DNA of 64,000 bases. It comes from Patescibacteria group bacterium. GTDB taxonomy: Bacteria; Patescibacteriota; Microgenomatia; UBA1400; PJMF01. The notes beneath the pieces were generated by a model. It did not search any database. It was not told the DNA's origin and saw nothing but the letters and a program-made list of their open reading frames with translations. Below are positions 37,990 through 47,663 of the stretch, one piece after another. Location of the stretch: the NCBI GenBank assembly GCA_016861085.1, contig BOKR01000001.1, forward strand, positions 515,271 to 579,270, given 5' to 3'. A program made the position numbers and the translations under genes. Each line of letters starts with the position of its first letter. Positions within the stretch are counted from its first letter, which is position 1.

Positions 37990-39567
37990 CTATTCCTTCA
38001 TTGGTGTAGCCGTGTACACCACTAGCCTGTCCCCAAATTCTTTTTGAGAAATGATTTGATCATACTTTTGACGCCCCCACCAATTTCCCAATAACTCAGA
38101 ATCCTGTTTATCAGTCACAATATAGTAAATGACTTTTGGTCTACCTTGCCATCTTTGACCATATCTTGTATCAATTTCATCTAGGAGGTCAACCTTTTCC
38201 TTGACATAATTTGGTACTCCTGGTTCATATGCAAATTCAAGAGGCAACACTTCTCCTTGTAAGCCCTGAGCTAAAAATTCATACTGAAATGGAAAATCAT
38301 AAATATCTGGTTGATAGGTGTATACCGAAAAATCTCTTTCCCCAGCATCCAATCTAATATACTCAATAACCTTTTGTTTTGTTATGTACATTCCTGAGTC
38401 AGTTACAAATTTTGGTTTTTCTATCAAAAGAAAATAATGTAATCTACTGAGAGCTGTCAAAACATATAGTGCAATAAAAACGATAACAAATTGCTTATTT
38501 AGCTTATGTACCACTGTTCCGACTAAAATCGTTGCCACAGGAATAAGTGGGTACACATACCATAAATTAAAGTGTAAAAATAAAAACCCAAGTGTAGGTA
38601 TCAAAAAAAATACGCCTGAGATCAAAAAAATTTTTCTTAATTGCAAATCAATTTTCTTATTTTTATATATAAACCAAACAGAAAAAATAATAAAAAATAA
38701 AAATAAATAACCTAACCATGGTGCTGTCATATCTGGTCGTGATTCAAAAATAATATTTCTTGTTTCACCAAAAATTGTGTTTATTACGTGCTCGACTTTA
38801 TTGGTGCTCAGACCATCACCCTCACCACCCCTGGAAAAATATTCAATGATTGCTTTTGCTTGTGGAAAATTATTTTTAAATTCGAACAAGAGTTGCGGAA
38901 TAAATGGTACCGCAAAAGAAATAACAGCAATCAAAATATTTTTTAGTGATGGCCAAAGTTTATGTAGCAGTAGTACTAACAAAATAATAACCGGATAAAA
39001 AATAGCAAAAGCCGAAGAAAAATGAAATCCCAAACTTGCCGTTAGTGCTAAACCTGCTAGTAATTTGTTGTCAATTTTTTTGAGCTGAACCTGCTTAAGT
39101 AGCAACACGATAATAATAATTGTGAGTAAAGTCATTGGATATGGGTTCCAAGCACTTTTCGAAATCATTAACCAAAATCCAGAGAAACCTATGATTACTG
39201 CTGATTCTAAGTTGAAATATCTATAAACCAAAAACATTTGCAATAGTACTAATATGCTCATTGCAACGGCCGCAGAAGCAGGATTAAGTCCAGAAATAAG
39301 ATAAAAAGGTGCCAATAAATAATACCAAGCTGGTCCAAAATAGAGTCCTGGAATACTGGTCCAGGGCCCAATAAATTTTAACTCTGGAATTGAAATCATG
39401 TGTAAAATTGCAAGAGAATCCTTACCGTGGTCGAATAAAAAAGGAACAACATTATCTTGAATATATGAAAATCTCATTACAGCAGCCAAAAAAAATAATG
39501 CTAAAAACCATTTATGTTTTGCTATAATTTTCTTACTATTCTTTGTAATTAATTTCATATTTTTCAC
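37990..39567 (-). CDS. Polytopic membrane protein, putative GT-C-like glycosyltransferase (family unassigned)
   Basis: 525 aa with many TM helices. N-terminal loop FLFDHGKDSLAILHM. Confidence 0.35.
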   Translation of the reverse strand: MKNMKLITKNSKKIIAKHKWFLALFFLAAVMRFSYIQDNVVPFLFDHGKDSLAILHMISIPELKFIGPWTSIPGLYFGPAWYYLLAPFYLISGLNPASAAVAMSILVLLQMFLVYRYFNLESAVIIGFSGFWLMISKSAWNPYPMTLLTIIIIVLLLKQVQLKKIDNKLLAGLALTASLGFHFSSAFAIFYPVIILLVLLLHKLWPSLKNILIAVISFAVPFIPQLLFEFKNNFPQAKAIIEYFSRGGEGDGLSTNKVEHVINTIFGETRNIIFESRPDMTAPWLGYLFLFFIIFSVWFIYKNKKIDLQLRKIFLISGVFFLIPTLGFLFLHFNLWYVYPLIPVATILVGTVVHKLNKQFVIVFIALYVLTALSRLHYFLLIEKPKFVTDSGMYITKQKVIEYIRLDAGERDFSVYTYQPDIYDFPFQYEFLAQGLQGEVLPLEFAYEPGVPNYVKEKVDLLDEIDTRYGQRWQGRPKVIYYIVTDKQDSELLGNWWGRQKYDQIISQKEFGDRLVVYTATPMKE

Positions 39568-39584
39568 ATCGTTTTCACGATATA

Positions 39585-40511
39585 TTAAATTATTACTTTA
39601 TTTTTTTGCATGTGTTTCTTACGTTTATAATTCCAATAGGGAAGCCACAAATAATATTGTAGTAATTGCCAAAAAGTCGCATTTTTTTTCACAAAAGCAA
39701 CTGCATTCTTCCAACTCATGTCTAGTATTTTTTGTAAACCAAAAACGTCGATGTTAGTTGATTCATGAACATGAAACACAATTGCTTTTTCATCGAACAA
39801 CACTTTCCAGCCATTTTTACGAGCTTGAAAGGAGAGATCAACATCCTCCCAATAGGCAGGATAAAACGTTTGATCAAAGCCGTTTAGAAAAACCCACTTT
39901 TGCTTATCAAACATACCGCTACCTCCACTTACCCAAGCAGTTTGACCAGAAATCATGTCTGTAGCTTTACTATGCATAAACATACCTTTTTCAAACCACA
40001 ACTTGTTTTTACCTGACCTATCTCCACTTTCATCTCGTTCAAATTCTAAACATCCAACTGCAAATACTAAGGGGTCAGTAAAATGCTGTATCAACTCTGA
40101 TCTAACATTTTTGGTAGGTTTAACATCGTTATTGAGTAGAAAAATATACTGTTTACTGGAAAACATAACCCCAATATTAGCTGCTGCTGCAAAACGCATA
40201 TTTTTTTCTAAAGCAACCAAATATATAGTAATTTTATTTTTTCCAATAACTGCAATGTTAGTATATAGTTTGTAAATAAAGTCTGTTGGTTGTGGAAAAT
40301 ATTTTTTAGATACAGCTGTAGGCAATTGAACACGTTTTGTTAATTTTAACTTATAGGTGCGAATTAAATATTTAACACTTTCATCGGAACTATTATCATC
40401 GACAATCACAAGCTCATCTCCATTACTCAAACAACGCAACACGTCAGGCAAAAACTTTTTTAAAAGTGTTTGACCGTTGTAGTTTGGAATAACGGCGGAT
40501 ACAATTTGCAT
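39585..40511 (-). CDS. GT2-family glycosyltransferase
   Basis: VSAVIPNYNGQTLL, LVIVDDNSSDES motifs. Confidence 0.7.
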   Translation of the reverse strand: MQIVSAVIPNYNGQTLLKKFLPDVLRCLSNGDELVIVDDNSSDESVKYLIRTYKLKLTKRVQLPTAVSKKYFPQPTDFIYKLYTNIAVIGKNKITIYLVALEKNMRFAAAANIGVMFSSKQYIFLLNNDVKPTKNVRSELIQHFTDPLVFAVGCLEFERDESGDRSGKNKLWFEKGMFMHSKATDMISGQTAWVSGGSGMFDKQKWVFLNGFDQTFYPAYWEDVDLSFQARKNGWKVLFDEKAIVFHVHESTNIDVFGLQKILDMSWKNAVAFVKKNATFWQLLQYYLWLPYWNYKRKKHMQKNKVII

Positions 40512-41594
40512 TTAGAACATCTCCCAAAGTGTTTTCTCAAATTCTTGTTTACTAAATTTTTTAACTTGATTAAGTGATACTTCTTGAAATTTTTTATATG
40601 TATCTGGATTAGTTATTAAGTCCTTGGTAATTTCAACACATTGCTCACCAGTTTCCCAAAGCAAATCATGTAATGGTAAACCTAGAATCTCTTTTTGACC
40701 GCCTTTTTTGATAACAATAGGTACACAGCCAGCTGCCATAGCCTCTATTGTACTAATACCAAAATGCTCAACTTTTTCAGGGTTTGAATTTTCATCAACA
40801 CCAAACCCCGTTGCATGCCAATAGAATGAGGCTGTTTTATACAAAGAAACCAGCTCATCTCTGGAGACAGTAGTTTTTATTTCAATGGGATATGCTCCAA
40901 CTGAATCTTTTACTTGATTAAAGTAAAGTTCATCTTCAACTGATCCAACTAAAACCAATCTCCACCCCTGCGTTTCATTTTTATATTCATCAACCAGTTT
41001 TTTAAACAGCTGAACTAAAACATCTTGGCGTTTACTATGCAGTTGCCTAAAAAAACGACCAACGTTTAGAATTATCTTTTCTTTATTTTTTTTAGGTGAA
41101 ATTTCATCTAAAGAAACAAGTGGATAATGTACAAAGTTAATTGTTGTATTCCAGCTCTTTTCAATAACACTTTTAGTAAATTGGGAATTAGTATTTTTTA
41201 CATTCCAACTTGCGAGTTTAATTTTCTGCCATACATTCAGTGAGTTTGTAAAAGGAATTTGCACATGCAAGATATTTTTCTTTGCCATACTCAAAAAGAA
41301 GCTGCCATCTGTAACATAATATACTGCGTCATATAAGCTAGTTTCTTGTAATTTTTCATATATTGAACCAGTTTTTAATTTTGAAGAAATAAAAGTTATT
41401 TTTTTCAAGCTATAATTTAAAAATTGTTCATATTTATTAGTAATTTCATTTATTTTTTCACGTGAAATAAATTCTTCTGATAGTGCAATAAAAACCTCAT
41501 GTTTTGTAGCAACAGTAGTTGCAACATCAAAAAAATGTTTTTCACCACCACCAAGGTGGTCTGGAATATACGGAGAATAAAATAATACTCGCAT
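40512..41594 (-). CDS. GT4-family glycosyltransferase
   Basis: HFGISTIEAMAAGCVPIV. Start set at the internal ATG (MRVLFYSPY) that forms an ATGA overlap with the upstream stop; the ORF track start 41678 would overlap by 85 nt. Confidence 0.7.
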   Translation of the reverse strand: MRVLFYSPYIPDHLGGGEKHFFDVATTVATKHEVFIALSEEFISREKINEITNKYEQFLNYSLKKITFISSKLKTGSIYEKLQETSLYDAVYYVTDGSFFLSMAKKNILHVQIPFTNSLNVWQKIKLASWNVKNTNSQFTKSVIEKSWNTTINFVHYPLVSLDEISPKKNKEKIILNVGRFFRQLHSKRQDVLVQLFKKLVDEYKNETQGWRLVLVGSVEDELYFNQVKDSVGAYPIEIKTTVSRDELVSLYKTASFYWHATGFGVDENSNPEKVEHFGISTIEAMAAGCVPIVIKKGGQKEILGLPLHDLLWETGEQCVEITKDLITNPDTYKKFQEVSLNQVKKFSKQEFEKTLWEMF

Positions 41595-42412
41595 TACTGA
41601 CTCTTCCACATGTTTTCGATTTCTGCTTCTTTTGCTACATATTTTTCCGAAATCGAAGGCTTTTGCTGTAACTCCCATACCTGAATGTACACTATCACAC
41701 GGTTTATCCCCTGAATCACTGCTTCAACCAAGCCCGCCATACCGTCTTTATACCCCTGCTTTAAAACCGCACGTCTAAAAAACTCCATAAACCCTTTTCT
41801 AAACAAGGTTAGCAACGTTACTTTTGGAACTCCGGCTTTGAATAGCTCTTTTGCTTCAATTGGAGTCCAGGCAGCAGTTTTATGTAGACCGCTGACTGTA
41901 TCTCTGTGTGTAAAATGAACGAGCTTTGTCTGCAAATCAGCAACTTCTCCTGAATATTTGGGACTTTCGTGAACCTGCCCAAACCAACCCGTTATTGCAT
42001 TCTTTTCAAAAACTCGCTCTACCCAATCATCCTGCCATCCACCGGCTTTAAATCGCTTCCCAAAGTAAATATTTTCACGCTGAACCCTAAACACTTTTGT
42101 ATCTGATGTTTCAATCATTACTTTGATTTCTTTGGCTAATGTAGGTGTGACTCGCTCATCAGCATCGATATACAAAACCCAAGCCGATTTAGCTCTCTTT
42201 AAAGCTTCTTCTCTGAGGCGAGAGAAGGAATCATGTTTAAATGAAATAACGATTGCACCAAGACTCTCAGCAATTTCACGAGTCTCATCAGTTGAACCAT
42301 CATCAATTACAATTATTTCATTGCACCACAACACACTTTTAATGCAGTTTGCAATCATTTCTGCTTCATTTTTAGCGATTATCAAAGCACTAATTGACAG
42401 TTGTTTACTCAT
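41594..42412 (-). CDS. GT2-family glycosyltransferase (WaaE/KdtX-like)
   Basis: ISALIIAKNEAEMI, IVIDDGSTDET, YIDADERV motifs. Confidence 0.65.
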   Translation of the reverse strand: MSKQLSISALIIAKNEAEMIANCIKSVLWCNEIIVIDDGSTDETREIAESLGAIVISFKHDSFSRLREEALKRAKSAWVLYIDADERVTPTLAKEIKVMIETSDTKVFRVQRENIYFGKRFKAGGWQDDWVERVFEKNAITGWFGQVHESPKYSGEVADLQTKLVHFTHRDTVSGLHKTAAWTPIEAKELFKAGVPKVTLLTLFRKGFMEFFRRAVLKQGYKDGMAGLVEAVIQGINRVIVYIQVWELQQKPSISEKYVAKEAEIENMWKSQ

Positions 42413-42461
42413 AAGATCATCTTACCTCAAAAGGAGCTTGTGACCAACTGGTACTTTGCAA

Positions 42462-43394
42462 TTATAGGATCGGCTGTTTACCGAATTGCATAGTAAAAAA
42501 ATGAACAATAGCTTGGCGTTGCGCTGACGAACCAAAAACAAGGATTGAAACAGCTATTCTCATAGCGGTAACAATTTCTTTCCAGGTTCCATGCTTAAAT
42601 GCAAACAGTAATCTATTTCTTGTTTGGTAGTACTCATGAATAACCGAGCCTGAACCACCACTTGAACCAGCATTTTTATGATATACAACCGATGAAGGAC
42701 AAAACGCTACTTTATATCCAGCTTTGGTAACTCTTACACTCCAGTCGACATCTTCAAGATACAAGAAAAAACGTTTATCAAACATTCCAACCTTTTCCAA
42801 GATCTCACGTTTCACCAAAACACTACAACCCGTCGCAAAATCAGATTCTGTCTGAGTATCAAACTGTCCCCTATCAACCTCATCAACTCCTCTATGAAAT
42901 GCAGCTAAATGATTCCAATCAATAGAGCCACCAGCATACCACAAAACAGTACCAAGCTCTGATTTCTTGTACGACTCACTGTGAAACTCTCTCCCCTTTG
43001 AAAAATAAATTTTTGATCCCACCATACCAATGCGTGGATCAGATTGTGCAGTACGCACCAATTCTTTTAAAAACTCTTCATCTACAGTTGTGTCATTATT
43101 GAGGAGTAATACATAATCAGAATTGTATTTCTCAACGCCATAATAAACACCAAGATTATTCCCTCCAGTAAATCCTTTGTTCGTTTCACTTCTAATAACT
43201 TCAATGTGATCAGTTTGTAAATCCTTAGGTAATTCAAAAATATCTTTTGAGGCATTATCCACAACAATAATATTACATTTAAAACCTGAGCATTTGATCT
43301 TTTCAAGTGAACGCAAACAATCAATGGTGTCTTCTCTTGAGTTATAGGTAATGAGTATGATTGAAACATGAATCATAGAATGCCTATTATACAA
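42462..43394 (-). CDS. GT2-family glycosyltransferase (rhamnosyltransferase-like)
   Basis: VSIILITYNSREDT, IIVVDNASKD, LLLNNDTTV motifs. Confidence 0.7.
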   Translation of the reverse strand: MYNRHSMIHVSIILITYNSREDTIDCLRSLEKIKCSGFKCNIIVVDNASKDIFELPKDLQTDHIEVIRSETNKGFTGGNNLGVYYGVEKYNSDYVLLLNNDTTVDEEFLKELVRTAQSDPRIGMVGSKIYFSKGREFHSESYKKSELGTVLWYAGGSIDWNHLAAFHRGVDEVDRGQFDTQTESDFATGCSVLVKREILEKVGMFDKRFFLYLEDVDWSVRVTKAGYKVAFCPSSVVYHKNAGSSGGSGSVIHEYYQTRNRLLFAFKHGTWKEIVTAMRIAVSILVFGSSAQRQAIVHFFTMQFGKQPIL

Positions 43395-44324
43395 CTATAT
43401 ATATAACTTTCGACGAATTTTCCAAATAAGTTGTCTAATACCAGAAGTATTCTCAACGTGCCAGTTTGCAATCCAGTATGCAAGCTCCCTATTAAACTGT
43501 GCTAATTCGGATACAGTTGCTTCTTCTTGTTGTTTATCAGATTCAGGAAATCCACTCTTTTCCCAAGATTTTATAGCCACTACAGCTTCAGAAAACCCTT
43601 GTAGTAACGATAATGCCAGTCCATGAGTACCATCATTTACTCCTCTTTGTGCAAAAAACCGAGATAAAAACTCAGAGTAAAATTTCTTTGTGATACATGA
43701 GCCATCAACTTCTGTCTGTTCTTTTTCGAGTTCAGTTACCAATTCCTCAGACTGAATTGAAGTATATCTATTCAACCGGTCAATGTATTGATTAACATGT
43801 TGATAGTTATGGTGAATAAGCGCAATACCAGTGACAGCTGGTAATTCCCTTACTTCTCCTTTTGTAATTGGAATTGAATGAATTTCATCAGACCAAGAAA
43901 CAAACCCTTTCTTGAAAAGTCTCAATACATAATCTGGCCACCAGCCTGTCTTTTCAAAAGCCTTGTTAAAAATATAGTTAAGTCGTGGAATATAATAACA
44001 ATCAGCAGTTTCTTCACCTGAATCTGAAGATTTCAGAATTCCTTTAATAGCTTTTTCTAGTTCTTGTGGAACTTCTTCATCAGCATCTAAAATTAAAATC
44101 CAGTCTCCACTTGCTTTTTTAATCGCAAAATTTCGAGCTGGCTCTACATACCCCACATCTTTATGAGCAAAAATTTTATCGGTATATTTAGTTGCAATTT
44201 CTACCGTACTATCGTCGCTTTTCATGTCAACAATGATTATTTCATCGGCAAATGAGACAGATTTTAATGCAGCTTCTATTGTTTTTTCCGCATTCTTTGT
44301 ATTAATGACGACTGATAGTTTCAT
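43395..44324 (-). CDS. GT2-family glycosyltransferase
   Basis: LSVVINTKNAEKTI, IIIVDMKSDDST, ILDADEEV motifs. Confidence 0.7.
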   Translation of the reverse strand: MKLSVVINTKNAEKTIEAALKSVSFADEIIIVDMKSDDSTVEIATKYTDKIFAHKDVGYVEPARNFAIKKASGDWILILDADEEVPQELEKAIKGILKSSDSGEETADCYYIPRLNYIFNKAFEKTGWWPDYVLRLFKKGFVSWSDEIHSIPITKGEVRELPAVTGIALIHHNYQHVNQYIDRLNRYTSIQSEELVTELEKEQTEVDGSCITKKFYSEFLSRFFAQRGVNDGTHGLALSLLQGFSEAVVAIKSWEKSGFPESDKQQEEATVSELAQFNRELAYWIANWHVENTSGIRQLIWKIRRKLYI

Positions 44325-45883
44325 GAACGTAAGCTCCTTAACTCCATGAGTACTTTATTTTTTCCAAACAACAGTAGTGTAACAAAATAGGTGAGGGCAG
44401 TTAAGAGCATACCAAACAAGAAGTGCTTAAAACTTTGTGACCAAATTTGTATACCCAGGCCTCCAACTACGGCCATCGCTACAGATGCAAGTGTCTGTCG
44501 CCATACCTGATCAATAAATGAGAGTGGGACAACTTTCTTGACCATAATGACAGAGAAAATTGAAGTAAAAGAAATAAAGAATGATGCAATTGCCACCCCG
44601 TTGTACCCAAACATATAAACACAAATCGGAGTAACTATCCAAGTTAATATAGTCCACATCATCATTAATTTGAGCGTTTTGTTTATCTGACCAATCGCAT
44701 TAAGTGTATTTGTAAGAGGAGTTGAAACAGCACTCCAAGCAATACTAAGACTAAATAACACTAAACTAAAAACAGCAGGTTCCCATTTCTGCCATTTTGG
44801 TATCAGCTGAATAAATGGCCAAATGAAAACACTCATACCAACTAAGATTGGAAATATCGCCAATGTTATAAAGAATATTGATTTTTCTATTGCACGCTTG
44901 AGTGCTTGAGTATTTCCTTGTAGTCTTGAAAAAGTTGGGAACGTAATAGCCATTACATTTTGAACTGTTAAATTATAGGGATACATAGAGTAGTTTTTGC
45001 CCCAATTGATATAACCAAACTCTGCCAAATTTAAATATAATCCAAGAACTAAATAAAACAATTGATCTTTAATTCTCGCCAAAAAATCATTAATTTGAAA
45101 TTTAACTCCAAACTTAAACATCTCTGCAAATGCTACTTTACTAAATCCAAATGACAAAGCCCAAGGTTGAATCATAAACATTGAAAGAGCACCAACTATA
45201 GACCGCATAAAAATAGCGTACGCATATGCCATTGCACCCACACCCTTAATTGCAAGAAAGATTAAAATGCCATTAAATACCAGTTGCTCTATGATTTGAG
45301 GTATCACTAACTTAGAAAATTCCAAACGTCTTTCCAGTATCACAGAGGGTATTGTTTTAAGCGAAGCAAGCGGAAATCCAAGAGCTAATGAAAGTAAAAT
45401 CCAGACACCTGCTGGACCAGTCTTGGCCTGAATAACACCTGTGGCAAGCACCAAAAGAACAATTCCAACAATAACCCAACTCAATGCTTGCTGAATCGTG
45501 AATGCGGTCACATAATCGGCCTTAGTAGGGTCAGATTTTTTTTGAATCAGTGATGCAGCTAATCCTACATCTGAAAAAAAAGTCAACAATCCAACTATCG
45601 GAATCACTAATCCATAAATTCCGAAATCCTCTGGAGTAAAATACCAAGAAAGTACTGCAACCGAAGCCAAACCAATTCCTTGCAAAAAAATGGTTCTTAT
45701 AAAGTAAGAAATTGCTCCACTAACAGTTTTTTTCTTAATGTCACGCAATACTTCTGTTTCAACTTGAGTATCATGGACTTCTTGTTCAGGAAACAAGTCT
45801 GTCACTTCCGGTTCAAGCTCCTGAGAAAAGAGTGCTGACTTTTTGCGCTTAACCTCTAAGCTAGCTTGTACTTTATTAATCAT
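44321..45883 (-). CDS. Wzx-type oligosaccharide/polysaccharide flippase (MOP superfamily)
   Basis: 520 aa with about 14 TM helices, polysaccharide-biosynthesis-protein-like topology. Located at the head of a GT2/GT4 block. Confidence 0.55.
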   Translation of the reverse strand: MINKVQASLEVKRKKSALFSQELEPEVTDLFPEQEVHDTQVETEVLRDIKKKTVSGAISYFIRTIFLQGIGLASVAVLSWYFTPEDFGIYGLVIPIVGLLTFFSDVGLAASLIQKKSDPTKADYVTAFTIQQALSWVIVGIVLLVLATGVIQAKTGPAGVWILLSLALGFPLASLKTIPSVILERRLEFSKLVIPQIIEQLVFNGILIFLAIKGVGAMAYAYAIFMRSIVGALSMFMIQPWALSFGFSKVAFAEMFKFGVKFQINDFLARIKDQLFYLVLGLYLNLAEFGYINWGKNYSMYPYNLTVQNVMAITFPTFSRLQGNTQALKRAIEKSIFFITLAIFPILVGMSVFIWPFIQLIPKWQKWEPAVFSLVLFSLSIAWSAVSTPLTNTLNAIGQINKTLKLMMMWTILTWIVTPICVYMFGYNGVAIASFFISFTSIFSVIMVKKVVPLSFIDQVWRQTLASVAMAVVGGLGIQIWSQSFKHFLFGMLLTALTYFVTLLLFGKNKVLMELRSLRS

Positions 45884-47613
45884 TTCTTTTTATGGTACCA
45901 GAAGAATATTCCAGATGATACACCAACCCCTACTATTGTTAGCCATAATCCAAATTGTCTTACTGGTGTTTGCTTTAGTTGTATAGAAACCGTATGTTCA
46001 CCAGCTGGTACACTTACTTGTACAAACCCCTCATCTGATTGAGTAACAGCTGTTTTTACACCGTCAATATCTGCTGACCATCCAGGAAAATCTGCGATTG
46101 CAAATACTAGCTGTTGATCAGTATGAGAAGTCACAGCAATTCTTTTTATGTGAACTTTATCATCGAGTATTTTGTAGGAAATCACGCAATTTTCTATTAC
46201 CTGACAATATAACACATGGCCTCTGAGCGCTGCTGGTTCGATCACTTTTTGTTGAATTTGGATTGGAATGTAGTCGGGAAGCGTATTACTCATTTCTGTT
46301 CTCAGCTTGTTTTCATCAGAATAAAAATAATCACTCAGATCAGACCTAAAAATTTCAGGCTGAAAATATTTGCTGTTCATGACAATCATGAGCAGTAGTA
46401 AAAAAAGTCCATACCCAAATTTTAACAACTTGTTCTGTAATAAAGCAGGTAGTGACCCAATAGCTAAAGCCAAAAATACAGTTGCAGCTGAAAGGTATCT
46501 CCATGGGAATTGTAAAAACTCTAAAGCTGGAAACAACTCCCAAATAAATTCCAACTTCGCCGTAGTCATCAACAATGAGACTGCGAGAATAACAATGAAA
46601 AAGAGATAGAAAATTGTGTGTTTTTCAAGTGATAGCGTACCTTTTTTCTGAAGAATTCCGGCAACTGCTTTCAGAACAATATAACCAGAAAGAAACAATC
46701 CTAGTAATTGGCCAAATCCCAAATAAAATGAAATGTCATCTAATGGACCATAGGTAGAACCACCATACCCCCAGTTCTCGATAAAAAATTGTCTCAGCGA
46801 CAAAAAATGCAATTTGTAGTTAAAATAGTCTGCCAAAATGGTTGGTTCAAGTCGGGTAAAATCCTTTTCAAGCAATGCTGGGACTGTATAAAATGAGCTC
46901 AAAAGCACTGCTAACCCATATAATGCTGCAAGTTTTAATACAATGTTCCAAAAGTATTTTTTGATTTTCTTGTCAGATTTACTCTCAAGCAGTACATACA
47001 TTAGACCAAACAGGATTGAAAATGGTAAGAAAACAAGTGCCGTTAAATTATGACTCAGTAATAACACAGTAATTGAGCCAAGTAGGATTAGCCATCCGTT
47101 TTTTTCACCCTTAACTGTCTTAATAATTCCTAACAAGATAAATGGCAAACACATGATTCCCCACGCTTCACTTACTGCTCCCCTCACAAATAAATTGACA
47201 GCCCTATATGGAGCTAAAGTAAGAGCAGCGCTTACGAGTAGGCCACCTGTTATTCCGAATAAACGTTTTCCAAGTACATATCCACCTATAGTTGTACCCA
47301 CTGCTGTGAGTAACATAAGCAATTTAATGGAATCTATCAATGAAAAACCAATAATATATAAAAGTGATCCAACATAATAAGGAAGCGGAGCATAAAATTC
47401 AAACAGTGGCATGCCGTATCCATAGCCCAAATTTGAGCTCCAAATCACTGGGAAATGACCATCCTTGAGCCCAGCAGTCATCTCAACAATACGAGCGCCT
47501 TGAGTGAAATCATGCACTCTAAAAAAATCAGACCTAAATAATGCCCATGAGCTGGCTAAGATTATTGAGAGCAAAATTAGGACAACTAAATATTTTTGAA
47601 TTATTCTAAACAT
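45880..47613 (-). CDS. YfhO-like GT-C membrane glycosyltransferase, paralog 4
   Basis: KDGHFPVIWSSNLGYGYGMP, QFPWRYLS, and C-terminal DFPGWSADIDG...AGEHTVSIQL. Confidence 0.5.
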   Translation of the reverse strand: MFRIIQKYLVVLILLSIILASSWALFRSDFFRVHDFTQGARIVEMTAGLKDGHFPVIWSSNLGYGYGMPLFEFYAPLPYYVGSLLYIIGFSLIDSIKLLMLLTAVGTTIGGYVLGKRLFGITGGLLVSAALTLAPYRAVNLFVRGAVSEAWGIMCLPFILLGIIKTVKGEKNGWLILLGSITVLLLSHNLTALVFLPFSILFGLMYVLLESKSDKKIKKYFWNIVLKLAALYGLAVLLSSFYTVPALLEKDFTRLEPTILADYFNYKLHFLSLRQFFIENWGYGGSTYGPLDDISFYLGFGQLLGLFLSGYIVLKAVAGILQKKGTLSLEKHTIFYLFFIVILAVSLLMTTAKLEFIWELFPALEFLQFPWRYLSAATVFLALAIGSLPALLQNKLLKFGYGLFLLLLMIVMNSKYFQPEIFRSDLSDYFYSDENKLRTEMSNTLPDYIPIQIQQKVIEPAALRGHVLYCQVIENCVISYKILDDKVHIKRIAVTSHTDQQLVFAIADFPGWSADIDGVKTAVTQSDEGFVQVSVPAGEHTVSIQLKQTPVRQFGLWLTIVGVGVSSGIFFWYHKKK

Positions 47614-47625
47614 ACTCTACGTTCA

Positions 47626-47655
47626 TTGTATCCTAACTTGAACTAATGATAAAAT
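47626..47655 (+). promoter_or_regulatory. Candidate sigma70-like promoter for the LCP gene (ttgtat -N18- tg-a-taaaat)
   Basis: Located in the divergent 50-nt gap. -35-like 47626-47631 and extended -10-like 47647-47655 sit about 9 nt upstream of ATG 47664. Confidence 0.25.
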
Positions 47656-47663
47656 GACAAAGT

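Noticed and set aside
41595-41678. N-terminal 28-aa extension of the GT4 gene (ORF track start 41678)
   Set aside because: It would overlap the upstream gene by 85 nt. The internal ATG gives a canonical ATGA junction and a typical GT4 N-terminus (MRVLFYSPY).
47614-47663. Strong promoter call from ttgaac at 47638
   Set aside because: Its spacing to the only -10-like element is about 6 nt. Only the weaker ttgtat (47626) has usable 18-nt spacing, so it is reported at low confidence.
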